Assembly (NCBI GenBank): GCA_964568875.1
Contig: CAZMSH010000012.1
Location: forward strand, 28,228-92,227
DNA length: 64,000 nt
Direction: 5' to 3'
Source: an uncultured Rikenellaceae bacterium
GTDB lineage: Bacteria > Bacteroidota > Bacteroidia > Bacteroidales > VadinHA17
A model generated the notes under the pieces. That model was not told the origin of the DNA, made no database searches, and worked only from the letters and a program-made list of their open reading frames with translations. Below, piece by piece: positions 38,414-47,688 of this stretch; the first letter of the stretch is position 1; the number at the start of each line of letters is the position of its first letter. The translations under genes were made by a program, and so were the position numbers.

Positions 38414-40315
38414 CTATTTTACTTTAATTTCCATTCTTTTGTTATCTGTGCCACCGTTTTTTGACCAGAGATCAAATTCCATCCAGCCCGAATTTCCTGT
38501 CATTGATACAAGATAAGTATAAGAGAGTTTCTCCTGTCCTCTGAGACGGAACTGCAGCTCCTTGCTGCTGGTCATTCGCGCCTGTGAGTCTCCGGTTCCA
38601 CCACGCATTGCTGCTGCCTGCGCACCTCCCCTGGCGCCACCTCGTCCCGAAGTACCAACAGGCATAACCGAGATGTTATTGCTTGTCTTCATCGTAAGCT
38701 TGTCCTGTACTGCCCTGCCAAGCTGAACAGACATGTCGGAGGCGGTAGGATACACCTTATCGTTTGCGACGGTAACGGTTACCTTGTAGACATCGGCATT
38801 GACAGGCTCAACTTCGACATTGTCTATCTTAACCACCGGGAACTGGTTGACACAATAGAGTACGAAAAGGGCATTTTTTTCTGCTTCATGCTCTATATAC
38901 CTTGAAGGGGGTGTGCGTCCGATATGTTTGCGTGCCGTTCCTCCCATCCAGATGGGTCCAAAGTCGGGGTGATCGAACTGGTAGGGAACCAGCCATCCGG
39001 CCTCGGTCAGATCAAGCTCAAGCCATTTCTGGAACTCTTCATCGCTCACTCTGTTGTCATTATTAATGTCGGCAAAAGGTGAAGGTGAACCCCATAACTC
39101 CATCAGGTAACTGTAAGCACCCAGCATGTAATAGGCAGCTGCATGGGCCTGCCCTGACAATCCTCCAATTACCGGATTGTAATTCTTGAGAATATAGGCT
39201 CCTTCCGAAACAATTTTGGTTTGTACATCCATGTCGTGGCGGTACTCGGGTGCCACCTGCCTGGTGTAAAGCTGTGCATACTGATTGGTTCTGCGCATCT
39301 CAGCCAGCCTTGAGGCAACTGTCTCACTGTACTGTGCCTGTGCATCTGCTGACGTGCGGATTGCCGGTGGTGCCTGAAACATTATCAGGCGACCGGTATT
39401 ATGGTAATGAAATGAGGCGAAAATGTTAGGATGCTTCATCTGGAACTCAAAGACATTTCTGGTCTCAGGCTCTGAAAGAGGATAATATTCACCGTCACGC
39501 TGGTTCCAGCCATAGGGGAAGTTACGGTTGGGGTCAGGGCCGCCTAAATCATCTTCATTCAACCTTCCGTCACCATCGTTATCATATCCTTCGGCTCCTA
39601 TGCGGGTGAATCTGAGTCCCACATAGCTGTCATCATCTACCCTGATAAACCTCCTCTTATCTGCCGACAGCCTGAAGTCACCCTTCGGATCTTCACGGTA
39701 CATAACTGTAAGTTCACCATCACCGTCAACATCTTCGGTAAGATCTTCATCGAATAAACCATCTCTGTCATTGTCTTCGGGCCTGTAGGGCTCCCTTGGG
39801 TTGTTCTCTGTATTTGGGAATGCAACGTAACCTTCATTGCCATCAACATTAAGACCGGGCAATATGTAAAATGTATATCTGTTGACTAGGTTATGAATGA
39901 AGGGATCATAATCATATCTTGTGAGCAGGTACCATGCCAGGTAGAGCGAACAGGTAATTCCGTTTACCTCATTTCCATGAATGGCTCCGTCAACCCACAT
40001 GGCTGGTTTGTCGCCGTGCTGTCCGGTTACCTTGCTGGTAATGGTCAGAAGGAACTGGTCACGACCCATCCGGCTTTTGCCTATGCTTTGTATGTCGGTT
40101 AACTGAGGATACTGCTTCTGAAGGTCATGCATTATCTTTGTCCATTCGGCATAGTTGTAATACCTCTTCCATGAAATGGGGAAGTCAAGATCTCCCTTAT
40201 AGCCTCCCATATTCAATTGCAGATTCTTCTGGGCTCTGGCCGGCTGCGGCAGTAGAATAATCAATGCGATCAGTGCTGCTGCAGCGAATGTAAATTGTCT
40301 CTTTAAAGTTTTCAT
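38414..40315 (-). CDS. M14-family zinc carboxypeptidase with acidic DxDxDG insert
   Basis: Signal peptide, zinc motif HGNEVNG, and three DxDxDG-type loops (DNDRDG, DVDGDG, DNDGDG) at residues ~179-258 (39542-39781). Confidence 0.8.
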   Translation of the reverse strand: MKTLKRQFTFAAAALIALIILLPQPARAQKNLQLNMGGYKGDLDFPISWKRYYNYAEWTKIMHDLQKQYPQLTDIQSIGKSRMGRDQFLLTITSKVTGQHGDKPAMWVDGAIHGNEVNGITCSLYLAWYLLTRYDYDPFIHNLVNRYTFYILPGLNVDGNEGYVAFPNTENNPREPYRPEDNDRDGLFDEDLTEDVDGDGELTVMYREDPKGDFRLSADKRRFIRVDDDSYVGLRFTRIGAEGYDNDGDGRLNEDDLGGPDPNRNFPYGWNQRDGEYYPLSEPETRNVFEFQMKHPNIFASFHYHNTGRLIMFQAPPAIRTSADAQAQYSETVASRLAEMRRTNQYAQLYTRQVAPEYRHDMDVQTKIVSEGAYILKNYNPVIGGLSGQAHAAAYYMLGAYSYLMELWGSPSPFADINNDNRVSDEEFQKWLELDLTEAGWLVPYQFDHPDFGPIWMGGTARKHIGRTPPSRYIEHEAEKNALFVLYCVNQFPVVKIDNVEVEPVNADVYKVTVTVANDKVYPTASDMSVQLGRAVQDKLTMKTSNNISVMPVGTSGRGGARGGAQAAAMRGGTGDSQARMTSSKELQFRLRGQEKLSYTYLVSMTGNSGWMEFDLWSKNGGTDNKRMEIKVK

Positions 40316-40327
40316 GTCGGTTCCTCC

Positions 40328-42319
40328 CTAGTTTACTTTTAATTCCCTGACCACCGTTCCGCCTTTCTGGGAAGAGACAACGATCTTCAGTGGTACATCT
40401 CCCTTAACACCAATCAGCCACTTCACTTCACGACTGTTATTTCCTCCACGGATTATTCCGGGCACTGAAGCTGTTCCTCCAAGTACTCCGATATTCTGCC
40501 AGACAGACCCTTCTATGAATTCGACTTTATCACTGTCGGTGATCAGCCAAACCACATCTTCCCTTAGATTTGGCAATGATGTTGCACGGGCAAGTTGTGT
40601 AGGCAGACTGCCTGTATTCTCAATGGTTGCGGTGACTTCAACCAGCCGGTAACGGCCTGAACCCTTACCTTTATTAACGGTAAAGATGTTTCCGTCGGAT
40701 GTTATGGTCGCTTCGGCTGTGTTACCCGAATGAACAACTTTTGCTGAGGCTGCGGCAATTTTTATCTCGGGGAGCAATTCTGCCCTGAACTTCTCAAACT
40801 GCCAGTGCTTTTCACATACATTCAGAAGGGGTTCTCCCGGAAAAGCATTATTGGAGGCATATATGGTTCTCCATCCTCCCATCTCTCCATCACCATGCTC
40901 GGGATGCCTGGCTTTCTTCCAGTTGACAAATAACCTTCCGCTATACTTTTCGTCCTGATATTTCAACAGGGCACGCTGAAGTGCCAACTGTCCGTTGGAC
41001 CCTTCAGGAATCACCAACCCTGGTATGTCCTTTGAGGCATTCCATAGCTCTGTTGTAACCGCATACATACCAAGCTGAGCGTAAAGCCAGTCAGAGTCCA
41101 TACCGTAGCCGTAACGCCTGTCGGCATTCTCATTATAGCTTACGCGCCAGTACCGTGGAAGTTCATAACCACGAAGCTGAGCGTACTTATTGGCGCCCTT
41201 TTCCTTTAGATCTTCACGGAGCTGGTCTATTTTTTCAGGGTGAAGCCACGCTTCCGGAACCTCTTCTCCGAGAATTTCGAGGTATTTTTTGCCCATTATG
41301 AAGTCAAAATAGGCTACATCAGTTTCATTCATGGTTGTATGTGGTGCCGTTCCCATGGCCCGGTATGTAAAACCACCTGATGTGTGAAAAGACTGTGCAT
41401 TAAGAATATTCCTGTGGTTCATGAAAAACTCAACCCTTGCATGTACTTCGGAAGCTGATGTCGGATAAAAACCTGTACCTCCGGGTTTCCCGTCTTCAGT
41501 CCACCAGCCCTCCGGGTAGTTCCTGTTCATATCAATGCCGTCTGATCTCTCCTGTGCTTTCCTGATGTTTCCGGCATCATCAAAATAGGTGGTTACAACC
41601 TTGTAACGTTCTTTTGAAGTCGTTTCATCAGCTCTGAGCCGAACCATAAGACGGGGATCAATGTCATCAATCACATATTCTCCTTCAGGATGCTTGTATC
41701 TGAACTGAGGAATCAGGCCATCCGGCACCGGTTTTCCTTCAAGGTCAGAGGTACGGTACATTGAATTTGCCCGCTGTGGTATGCCCATTTCAACACTATT
41801 GTAGACACCATCAGGATTGTCAATCGGGCAGATGTAGAAGGAAACCCTGTCAACCAGTCTGGTTATTGATGGATCATCTCCGTAACCTGACACAAGCTTG
41901 TCAATTATGTAAAGACATACCTCGGTGCCCGTATATTCATTACCATGCGTGGCCCCGCTCATAAAATGTCCGGGCTTGCCCAGATGCGATTTCATGGTAG
42001 GTACGTTCCGGATATTCTCCTTACGCATGTTTTTAAGGTTAACATGCTTGTCAATGGTGGTGCCGGTTTTCATGTTTGAAATAACCAGTACATAAATAGG
42101 GCGGCCCAGTGCACTGGTTCCGATCTGCATCAGCTCGGTTATGTCGGGGTAAGCCGCCGCCACCTTTTTGAGGTAGTCAACGGTTCCTGTATAACCATGG
42201 TATTTATCGAAGGTAATCGGAACCTTCTGCCTTGCAGATGATTGGAGTGATGGCAGCAGTACCATCATCATCGCCAGGACATTGATCAAAAGTCTCTTTC
42301 TGTAATTCATATCCATCAT
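40328..42319 (-). CDS. M14-family zinc carboxypeptidase (second copy, divergent)
   Basis: Signal peptide, zinc motif ATHGNEYTG and a C-terminal beta-sandwich-like region. Confidence 0.8.
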   Translation of the reverse strand: MMDMNYRKRLLINVLAMMMVLLPSLQSSARQKVPITFDKYHGYTGTVDYLKKVAAAYPDITELMQIGTSALGRPIYVLVISNMKTGTTIDKHVNLKNMRKENIRNVPTMKSHLGKPGHFMSGATHGNEYTGTEVCLYIIDKLVSGYGDDPSITRLVDRVSFYICPIDNPDGVYNSVEMGIPQRANSMYRTSDLEGKPVPDGLIPQFRYKHPEGEYVIDDIDPRLMVRLRADETTSKERYKVVTTYFDDAGNIRKAQERSDGIDMNRNYPEGWWTEDGKPGGTGFYPTSASEVHARVEFFMNHRNILNAQSFHTSGGFTYRAMGTAPHTTMNETDVAYFDFIMGKKYLEILGEEVPEAWLHPEKIDQLREDLKEKGANKYAQLRGYELPRYWRVSYNENADRRYGYGMDSDWLYAQLGMYAVTTELWNASKDIPGLVIPEGSNGQLALQRALLKYQDEKYSGRLFVNWKKARHPEHGDGEMGGWRTIYASNNAFPGEPLLNVCEKHWQFEKFRAELLPEIKIAAASAKVVHSGNTAEATITSDGNIFTVNKGKGSGRYRLVEVTATIENTGSLPTQLARATSLPNLREDVVWLITDSDKVEFIEGSVWQNIGVLGGTASVPGIIRGGNNSREVKWLIGVKGDVPLKIVVSSQKGGTVVRELKVN

Positions 42320-42503
42320 GGTGTAAGGTTTAAAAAACAGCTCATATTAAGAAATTTATAGCAAACTAAGTTGCCACAGGGTATGTTATGCATTGAATTT
42401 AACAATTTTTAGCATAAGCCGGAATGCGATGCAGCAATACCCGGGAGCAGACAGTCTTTGTCATATAGAACTTAAATGTATAACTTGCAAAAAAAATAGT
42501 ACC

Positions 42504-42899
42504 ATGAAAGAAAACCGAATGAAAAAGCATGTAACTGCTGTTGCTGCCATCAGGATAGCACTGCATTCCCTGGGTCTGATAGGAATAATAATTGCCAGCC
42601 TTGCAGTAAGGTTCGCCTTCGATTTTGTTCCTGTTGAGGAGATGCCGGAATTGGTAATGCCATTTGTCCAGGGCCTCGTCTTTTTTATCTTCCTTGTTGT
42701 TGCACTGATCTCAATACTGGGGATTATCGGAGCTGTAGGCCTCCTGGCAAACAAGGGGTGGGCAAGGATACTTTCAATTGTTGTAGCAGCCGTTTGCTGC
42801 CTCAATATCCCGATAGGAACACTGGCCGGCGTTTATACTATATGGGTCCTTTTGCAGGATGAGACCATAGAAATGTTCAAAAAGCAAGCTGAAGTATAG
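42504..42899 (+). CDS. hypothetical 4-TM membrane protein
   Basis: I prefer the ATG at 42504 (MKENRMKKHV). The ORF is hydrophobic, and I did not recognise a family. Confidence 0.45.
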   Translation: MKENRMKKHVTAVAAIRIALHSLGLIGIIIASLAVRFAFDFVPVEEMPELVMPFVQGLVFFIFLVVALISILGIIGAVGLLANKGWARILSIVVAAVCCLNIPIGTLAGVYTIWVLLQDETIEMFKKQAEV

Positions 42900-44208
42900 G
42901 CTCCAGCCTGTCTGATACTTTGTCAGCCTTGCGCACGGACCGTAACTTAATCTCACCAATATAGTCATCATAGATCATCAGCCGGCGTTTTCTGCCGGCC
43001 GGGCCACGCACGTGATTATATACAAACCAGGGCTTTCCTGCGCGCCATACTGGTTTTCCGGTGTCGTCAATATTAATCGTGACCGGCAGAACCATACCCA
43101 GACGATGAGCAGGAGAATACATTGCAGTGGTGAAGTTTCCAAGCGAATAGGCAATCAAAGTTCTGTGAGGCGATGCCTCTGATCCGGATTTATCAGGCCA
43201 GCTCTCCCATATCTCTGCCGGCTGTATAACATGCGGGTGACTTCCGATAATCATATCTGCCCCGGCTTCAGCGAGCTTCCGGGCCAGCCGTACAATGACA
43301 GGGTCGGGGTATAATTCATATTCATAACCCCAGTGCATAAATAGCACCTTAAGGTCAACCGAGTCTGCCTCCATTTTATTCAGTATCGTAACAATTTCTG
43401 TTATGCCGGCATCATTCTCACTGTAAGGAGCTATCCCTGAGATTATATTCATTTTAAGCATCCCCTGCTCAATGAGATCCGGGTTGTTCATACCCCATCC
43501 GGCAGCATAGAATCCAATTCGCAGTCCGTTGCTCTCAGCTATGACATACGACTGCATGGTGTCATTCGGAAGGGATGCTCCGGTCGCATATATGCCTTCA
43601 TTCTGCAGGAACCCATGGGTTCCCGAAAGACCTTCAGCACCCATGTCGAATGCGTGATTGTTGGCAAGTGACAGAGCCGTAAAGATATTGCTGCCGTTGC
43701 TTTTCCTGAACGACCTGATGAGTCCCGGCGCTGAGTTATACCGTACATAGTCAGGCAGAAAAGATGGCACCCCGGAGAGGGTGTCAACAGGTGTTTCGAG
43801 GTTGCCGAAAACCATGTCATATCCAGCCAGTCTGCTTGTCAGTCGACTGTCTGCGAATGAGTTCCATCCGTTACGTATCCACATAATATCTCCTACGAAG
43901 GCAATGGTGGCGACCTCTCTGCCAGTAAGGTCTGAACTGCTATTGCTTTTGAGCAATTCAGACTGACGGGCAAAGTGTGTCTTAAGGCTGTCAGAAGCAC
44001 ACCAGTTGAGGCTGAAGTATTTTCTGAGATATTTGACTGATGACGGAAGGGCTTCTCCGAGACTTAGTCCTTCAGCCCTGAAACTGATGCAACGACCCTT
44101 CTCCTTCGGCATCATCATTGATGCGCAGGATGACACCAGAATTGCTGAAGCAAGAAGTATGGGAAAGACAGTTTTACTTTTCATTACTACGAATGATATT
44201 TTTTTCAT
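42877..44208 (-). CDS. CapA-family (PGA_cap, metallophosphatase-fold) lipoprotein
   Basis: Motifs GDIMW, GNLE, NNHAFD and GSHPH are typical of CapA-type metallophosphoesterases. Lipobox LVSSC. The start is ATG at 44208 or 44184. Confidence 0.75.
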   Translation of the reverse strand: MKKISFVVMKSKTVFPILLASAILVSSCASMMMPKEKGRCISFRAEGLSLGEALPSSVKYLRKYFSLNWCASDSLKTHFARQSELLKSNSSSDLTGREVATIAFVGDIMWIRNGWNSFADSRLTSRLAGYDMVFGNLETPVDTLSGVPSFLPDYVRYNSAPGLIRSFRKSNGSNIFTALSLANNHAFDMGAEGLSGTHGFLQNEGIYATGASLPNDTMQSYVIAESNGLRIGFYAAGWGMNNPDLIEQGMLKMNIISGIAPYSENDAGITEIVTILNKMEADSVDLKVLFMHWGYEYELYPDPVIVRLARKLAEAGADMIIGSHPHVIQPAEIWESWPDKSGSEASPHRTLIAYSLGNFTTAMYSPAHRLGMVLPVTINIDDTGKPVWRAGKPWFVYNHVRGPAGRKRRLMIYDDYIGEIKLRSVRKADKVSDRLEPILQLAF

Positions 44209-44271
44209 ACGGTTTAAAGCAAACAAAAATAATCAAACGCCACTATTTCTCAGCGGCCGTAAAAAATCTGT

Positions 44272-44279
44272 TAAATTTG
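44272..44279 (+). promoter_or_regulatory. Bacteroidota-type -7 box TAAATTTG
   Basis: It matches TAnnTTTG and lies 19 nt upstream of the ettA ATG at 44299. Confidence 0.45.
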
Positions 44280-44298
44280 CTGGCTAATAGTGTTCGTC

Positions 44299-45984
44299 AT
44301 GAGTGAAGACAACAAAATCATCTTTTCGATGTACAGGGTCAGCAAGACCTATCCGCCTCATAAGCAGGTTTTGAAGGATATCTCCCTCTCTTTTTTCCTT
44401 GGTGCCAAGATTGGCATTATCGGACTTAACGGATCGGGGAAGTCAACCCTCCTGAAGATTATTTCAGGAGAGGAGAAGGCCTATCAGGGCGAGGTTGCCT
44501 TTAGCGCAGGCTATACAACCGGGATACTTCACCAGGAGCCGCTTATGGATGAGACCCGTACGGTTCGCGAAGTAGTGGAAGAGGGCGTGCAGGAGATTGC
44601 TTCCGTTATGAAGGAGTACGAGGAGATAAACAACAGGTTCGGCGATCCTGAAGTTTATGAGAATCCTGATAAAATGCAGGAGCTTATGGACAGGCAGGCT
44701 ACGCTGCAGGAGCAGATCGATTTTCACGACGGATGGAATCTCGAGAATAAACTTGAGAGGGCAATGGATGCGTTGAGGTGTCCTGAAGGAGAGACTCCCG
44801 TTAATGTTCTTTCGGGAGGAGAAAAGCGCAGGGTGGCACTGTGCCGTCTTCTGCTGAGGCAGCCTGACGTGTTGCTCCTTGATGAACCTACCAACCATCT
44901 TGACGCCGAGTCGGTGCACTGGCTTGAAACTCATCTGCAGCAGTACAAGGGAACGGTAATATGCGTTACACATGACAGGTATTTTCTTGATAATGTAGCC
45001 GGCTGGATACTTGAACTGGACAGGGGAGAGGGTATTCCATGGAAGGGGAACTACTCATCATGGCTCGAACAGAAAGCCCGCAGACTGGAGATGGAGGAGA
45101 AAGGTAACGTTAAAAGACGCAAGACCCTCGAGCGCGAACTGGAATGGGTGAGGATGGCCCCGAAGGCCAGACATGCCAAGTCGAAAGCCCGCCTCGGCGC
45201 CTATGAGAGCCTTATGAATCAGGATGTCAGGCAGAAGGAGGAGAAGCTTGAACTGGTAATTCCCAACGGCCCGCGCCTGGGAGACAAGGTTATAAAAGCT
45301 GATAAAGTGTCAAAGGCTTTTGGAGAGAAACTGTTGTTTGAAAACCTCTCATTTGAACTCCCTCCGAACGGCATTGTCGGGGTTATCGGCCCGAATGGCG
45401 CCGGAAAGACAACCCTCTTCCGTATGATAATGGGAATGGAGAAATGCGACTCCGGAACGTTCATTCTTGGAGAGACGGTAGTCGCGGGTTATGTCGATCA
45501 GTCACATTCGGCAATTGATCCTGATAAAACAGTTTATCAGGTTATTTCGGGTGGTTACGATGAGGTTGTTCTCGGAAACAGACCGGTGAATGCCAGGGCA
45601 TATGCTGCAAGGTTTAACTTTACAGGCGCTGATCAGGAGAAGAAATGCGCTGTTTTATCAGGTGGTGAACGAAACAGACTTCATTTAGCCCTTACGGTTA
45701 AATCAGGAGCCAATGTTCTTCTTCTTGACGAACCTACCAACGATATCGACGTAAATACACTGCGTGCACTTGAAGAAGGTCTTGAGAATTTTGCCGGATG
45801 TGCTGTAATTATCTCACACGACAGATGGTTCCTTGACAGGGTGGCAACACACATAATGGCATTTGAAGGTGATTCAAAAGTGGTCTGGTTTGAAGGATCT
45901 TATTCTGAATATGAAGATAATTATATGAAAAGGACTAATGCTGAGGGTCCTACACGCATAAAATACAGAAAACTGGTTAAATAG
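44299..45984 (+). CDS. ettA: ABC-F energy-dependent translational throttle protein EttA
   Basis: Two ABC cassettes (GLNGSGKST and GPNGAGKTT, each with an LSGGE signature). It has the EttA-type start IIFSMYRVSK and the end IKYRKL. Confidence 0.9.
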   Translation: MSEDNKIIFSMYRVSKTYPPHKQVLKDISLSFFLGAKIGIIGLNGSGKSTLLKIISGEEKAYQGEVAFSAGYTTGILHQEPLMDETRTVREVVEEGVQEIASVMKEYEEINNRFGDPEVYENPDKMQELMDRQATLQEQIDFHDGWNLENKLERAMDALRCPEGETPVNVLSGGEKRRVALCRLLLRQPDVLLLDEPTNHLDAESVHWLETHLQQYKGTVICVTHDRYFLDNVAGWILELDRGEGIPWKGNYSSWLEQKARRLEMEEKGNVKRRKTLERELEWVRMAPKARHAKSKARLGAYESLMNQDVRQKEEKLELVIPNGPRLGDKVIKADKVSKAFGEKLLFENLSFELPPNGIVGVIGPNGAGKTTLFRMIMGMEKCDSGTFILGETVVAGYVDQSHSAIDPDKTVYQVISGGYDEVVLGNRPVNARAYAARFNFTGADQEKKCAVLSGGERNRLHLALTVKSGANVLLLDEPTNDIDVNTLRALEEGLENFAGCAVIISHDRWFLDRVATHIMAFEGDSKVVWFEGSYSEYEDNYMKRTNAEGPTRIKYRKLVK

Positions 45985-46000
45985 GTAAGTAGAAAGGTAC

Positions 46001-46063
46001 CAGGTGCCAGGTATCAGGTATCAGGTATCAGGTATCAGGTATCAGGTATCAGGTGCCAGGGTT
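46001..46063. repeat. tandem heptanucleotide array CAGGTGC-(CAGGTAT)6-CAGGTGC-CAGGGTT
   Basis: Counted directly. CAGGTAT starts at 46008, 46015, 46022, 46029, 46036 and 46043, flanked by CAGGTGC at 46001 and 46050. Confidence 0.95.
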
Positions 46064-46083
46064 AAAAAAAGGAGTGTTATTTT

Positions 46084-47496
46084 ATGGAAAATTATGACTT
46101 TGATTTTTCAGCAGGCGATCGGCGCAGGGCCTGGAATTATCTTATCGATAAACTTGAACGTCATTACAGTGATCCCTCACAGGTGAGGGTAGCGCCACCC
46201 CTCGACCCAGAGGTTGTCCGCGACTATTGTGCTGTTGATTTTAATACTCCAGTGCCGCCGAACGATGCCATAGACTATGTTACAGCCGGCCTCGATCAGT
46301 TTATTGTTCACACTTCACACCCCGGTTATTATGGCCTTTTCAATCCACGTCCGGCATTTGCCGGAATAATTGCAGATGCCATAACCGCCGTCTATAATCC
46401 TCAGTTGGCAGCCTGGTCGCACTCTCCGTTTGCTGTCGAGGCTGAGAATCATGTTATCAGGGAGTTTGGGCGCAAATTCGGATATAAGCCTGATTCAATT
46501 GACGGCACTTTTACCAATGCCGGTGCCGAGGCAAACCACACTGCTCTTCTGATGGCCCTGACACGATTTGTTCCCGGTTTTGCTGAGGAGGGACTTTCGG
46601 GGTCTGACAGCAGGCCTGTCATCTATGTGTCGCAAGAGAGCCACCACTCTTTTGTAAAGGCAGCAGGACTCTCAGGCATGGGTCGCCGAAGTGTGCGGAA
46701 TATTCCGACGCTGAAATCATATGCAATGGATGTAGCTGCTTTGCGAAAGCAGGTCAAAGACGATATCGCAGCCGGGTTTTTGCCGGTAATGGTTGTCTCG
46801 ACTCTTGGTACAACGGGCATGGGGGCTATAGACCCTGTTAAAGAGATAGATAGTGTGGCCCGTGAATATAATATGTGGCATCATGCTGATGCTGCCTGGG
46901 GCGGTGCAGTTGCTCTCTCTTCCAGATACCGCCATCTTGTCGATGGAATTGACCTTGCCGACTCTATAACATTTGATGCGCATAAATGGATGTCTGTCCC
47001 AATGGCTGCCGGTATGATTATAACACGTCACCCCGGCGCGCTGCTGGAGACATTCAGAATTACGGCTGACTATATGCCCAGAGAGGGTAAAGAGTTTGAG
47101 ATCATCGATCCCTTTACTCACTCCATTCAGTGGTCGAGGCGTTTTACCGGACTGAAACTGTTTATGGCTATGCTCATATATTCCTGGGATGGCTACGAAA
47201 GGGTTATTAACCGTCAGTTTGAAACAGGTGATTTGCTGCGGAATAAACTTAAGGATGAAGGGTGGAATATATACAACAGCACTAAACTGCCGATAGTTAA
47301 CTTCGGACTTTCAGACCTGGAAGACAATCAGGAAAAGATGACACGTTTCTGCCGCAGGGTCACCGACAGCGGGAAAGTGTGGATATCGGTTTACAGTACA
47401 GGAGGCATAAACACCCTGAGAGCCTGTATAACAAACTATAATACAACAGAAAAAGACCTGAATATTCTACTGCAGACACTGAGTAAGGAAAGGTGA
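46084..47496 (+). CDS. group II PLP-dependent decarboxylase (substrate unknown)
   Basis: Motifs HPGYYGLFNP, GTTGMGAIDP and the PLP-lysine motif DAHKW. It is only distantly related to the decarboxylase at 27570. Confidence 0.75.
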   Translation: MENYDFDFSAGDRRRAWNYLIDKLERHYSDPSQVRVAPPLDPEVVRDYCAVDFNTPVPPNDAIDYVTAGLDQFIVHTSHPGYYGLFNPRPAFAGIIADAITAVYNPQLAAWSHSPFAVEAENHVIREFGRKFGYKPDSIDGTFTNAGAEANHTALLMALTRFVPGFAEEGLSGSDSRPVIYVSQESHHSFVKAAGLSGMGRRSVRNIPTLKSYAMDVAALRKQVKDDIAAGFLPVMVVSTLGTTGMGAIDPVKEIDSVAREYNMWHHADAAWGGAVALSSRYRHLVDGIDLADSITFDAHKWMSVPMAAGMIITRHPGALLETFRITADYMPREGKEFEIIDPFTHSIQWSRRFTGLKLFMAMLIYSWDGYERVINRQFETGDLLRNKLKDEGWNIYNSTKLPIVNFGLSDLEDNQEKMTRFCRRVTDSGKVWISVYSTGGINTLRACITNYNTTEKDLNILLQTLSKER

Positions 47497-47498
47497 AG

Positions 47499-47680
47499 CG
47501 GTATCCGGTGAACGGTAGACGGTAAACGATGCCCTGCGAACTGGGCTCCCGACCTTCGGTGCAGGACTCCGCTTCGCTCCGCCTGATCCCTGAGTCCCGC
47601 ACTCATAAAACCTCTCTACAGCAAGGAGTTAGCCTTTGTAAATCTTAAATCGTAAATCTTAAATCGTAAATCTTATATCC
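47499..47680. repeat. decayed heptad-periodic spacer ending in (TAAATCT/TAAATCG) x5
   Basis: A single uninterrupted 7-nt register runs from CGGTATC CGGTGAA CGGTAGA CGGTAAA (47499-47526) to TAAATCT TAAATCG TAAATCT TAAATCG TAAATCT TATATCC (47639-47680). Confidence 0.7.
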
Positions 47681-47688
47681 CTTTAGAG

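Noticed and set aside
38051-38516. Plus-strand ORFs (61 aa and 111 aa) over the small-lipoprotein genes and the terminator
   Set aside because: They are antisense to ORFs with lipoboxes and conserved cysteines, and the second one runs through the 13-bp terminator stem. Neither has supporting features.
46004-46186. 60-aa ORF MPGIRYQVSGIRYQVSG...
   Set aside because: This is the same artefact: it is the translation of the second heptad array and runs out of frame into the real decarboxylase gene.
47360-47602. 80-aa minus-strand ORF across the decarboxylase 3' end and the heptad-periodic spacer
   Set aside because: It overlaps a well-supported gene in antisense, and the rest is a low-complexity translation of the periodic spacer.
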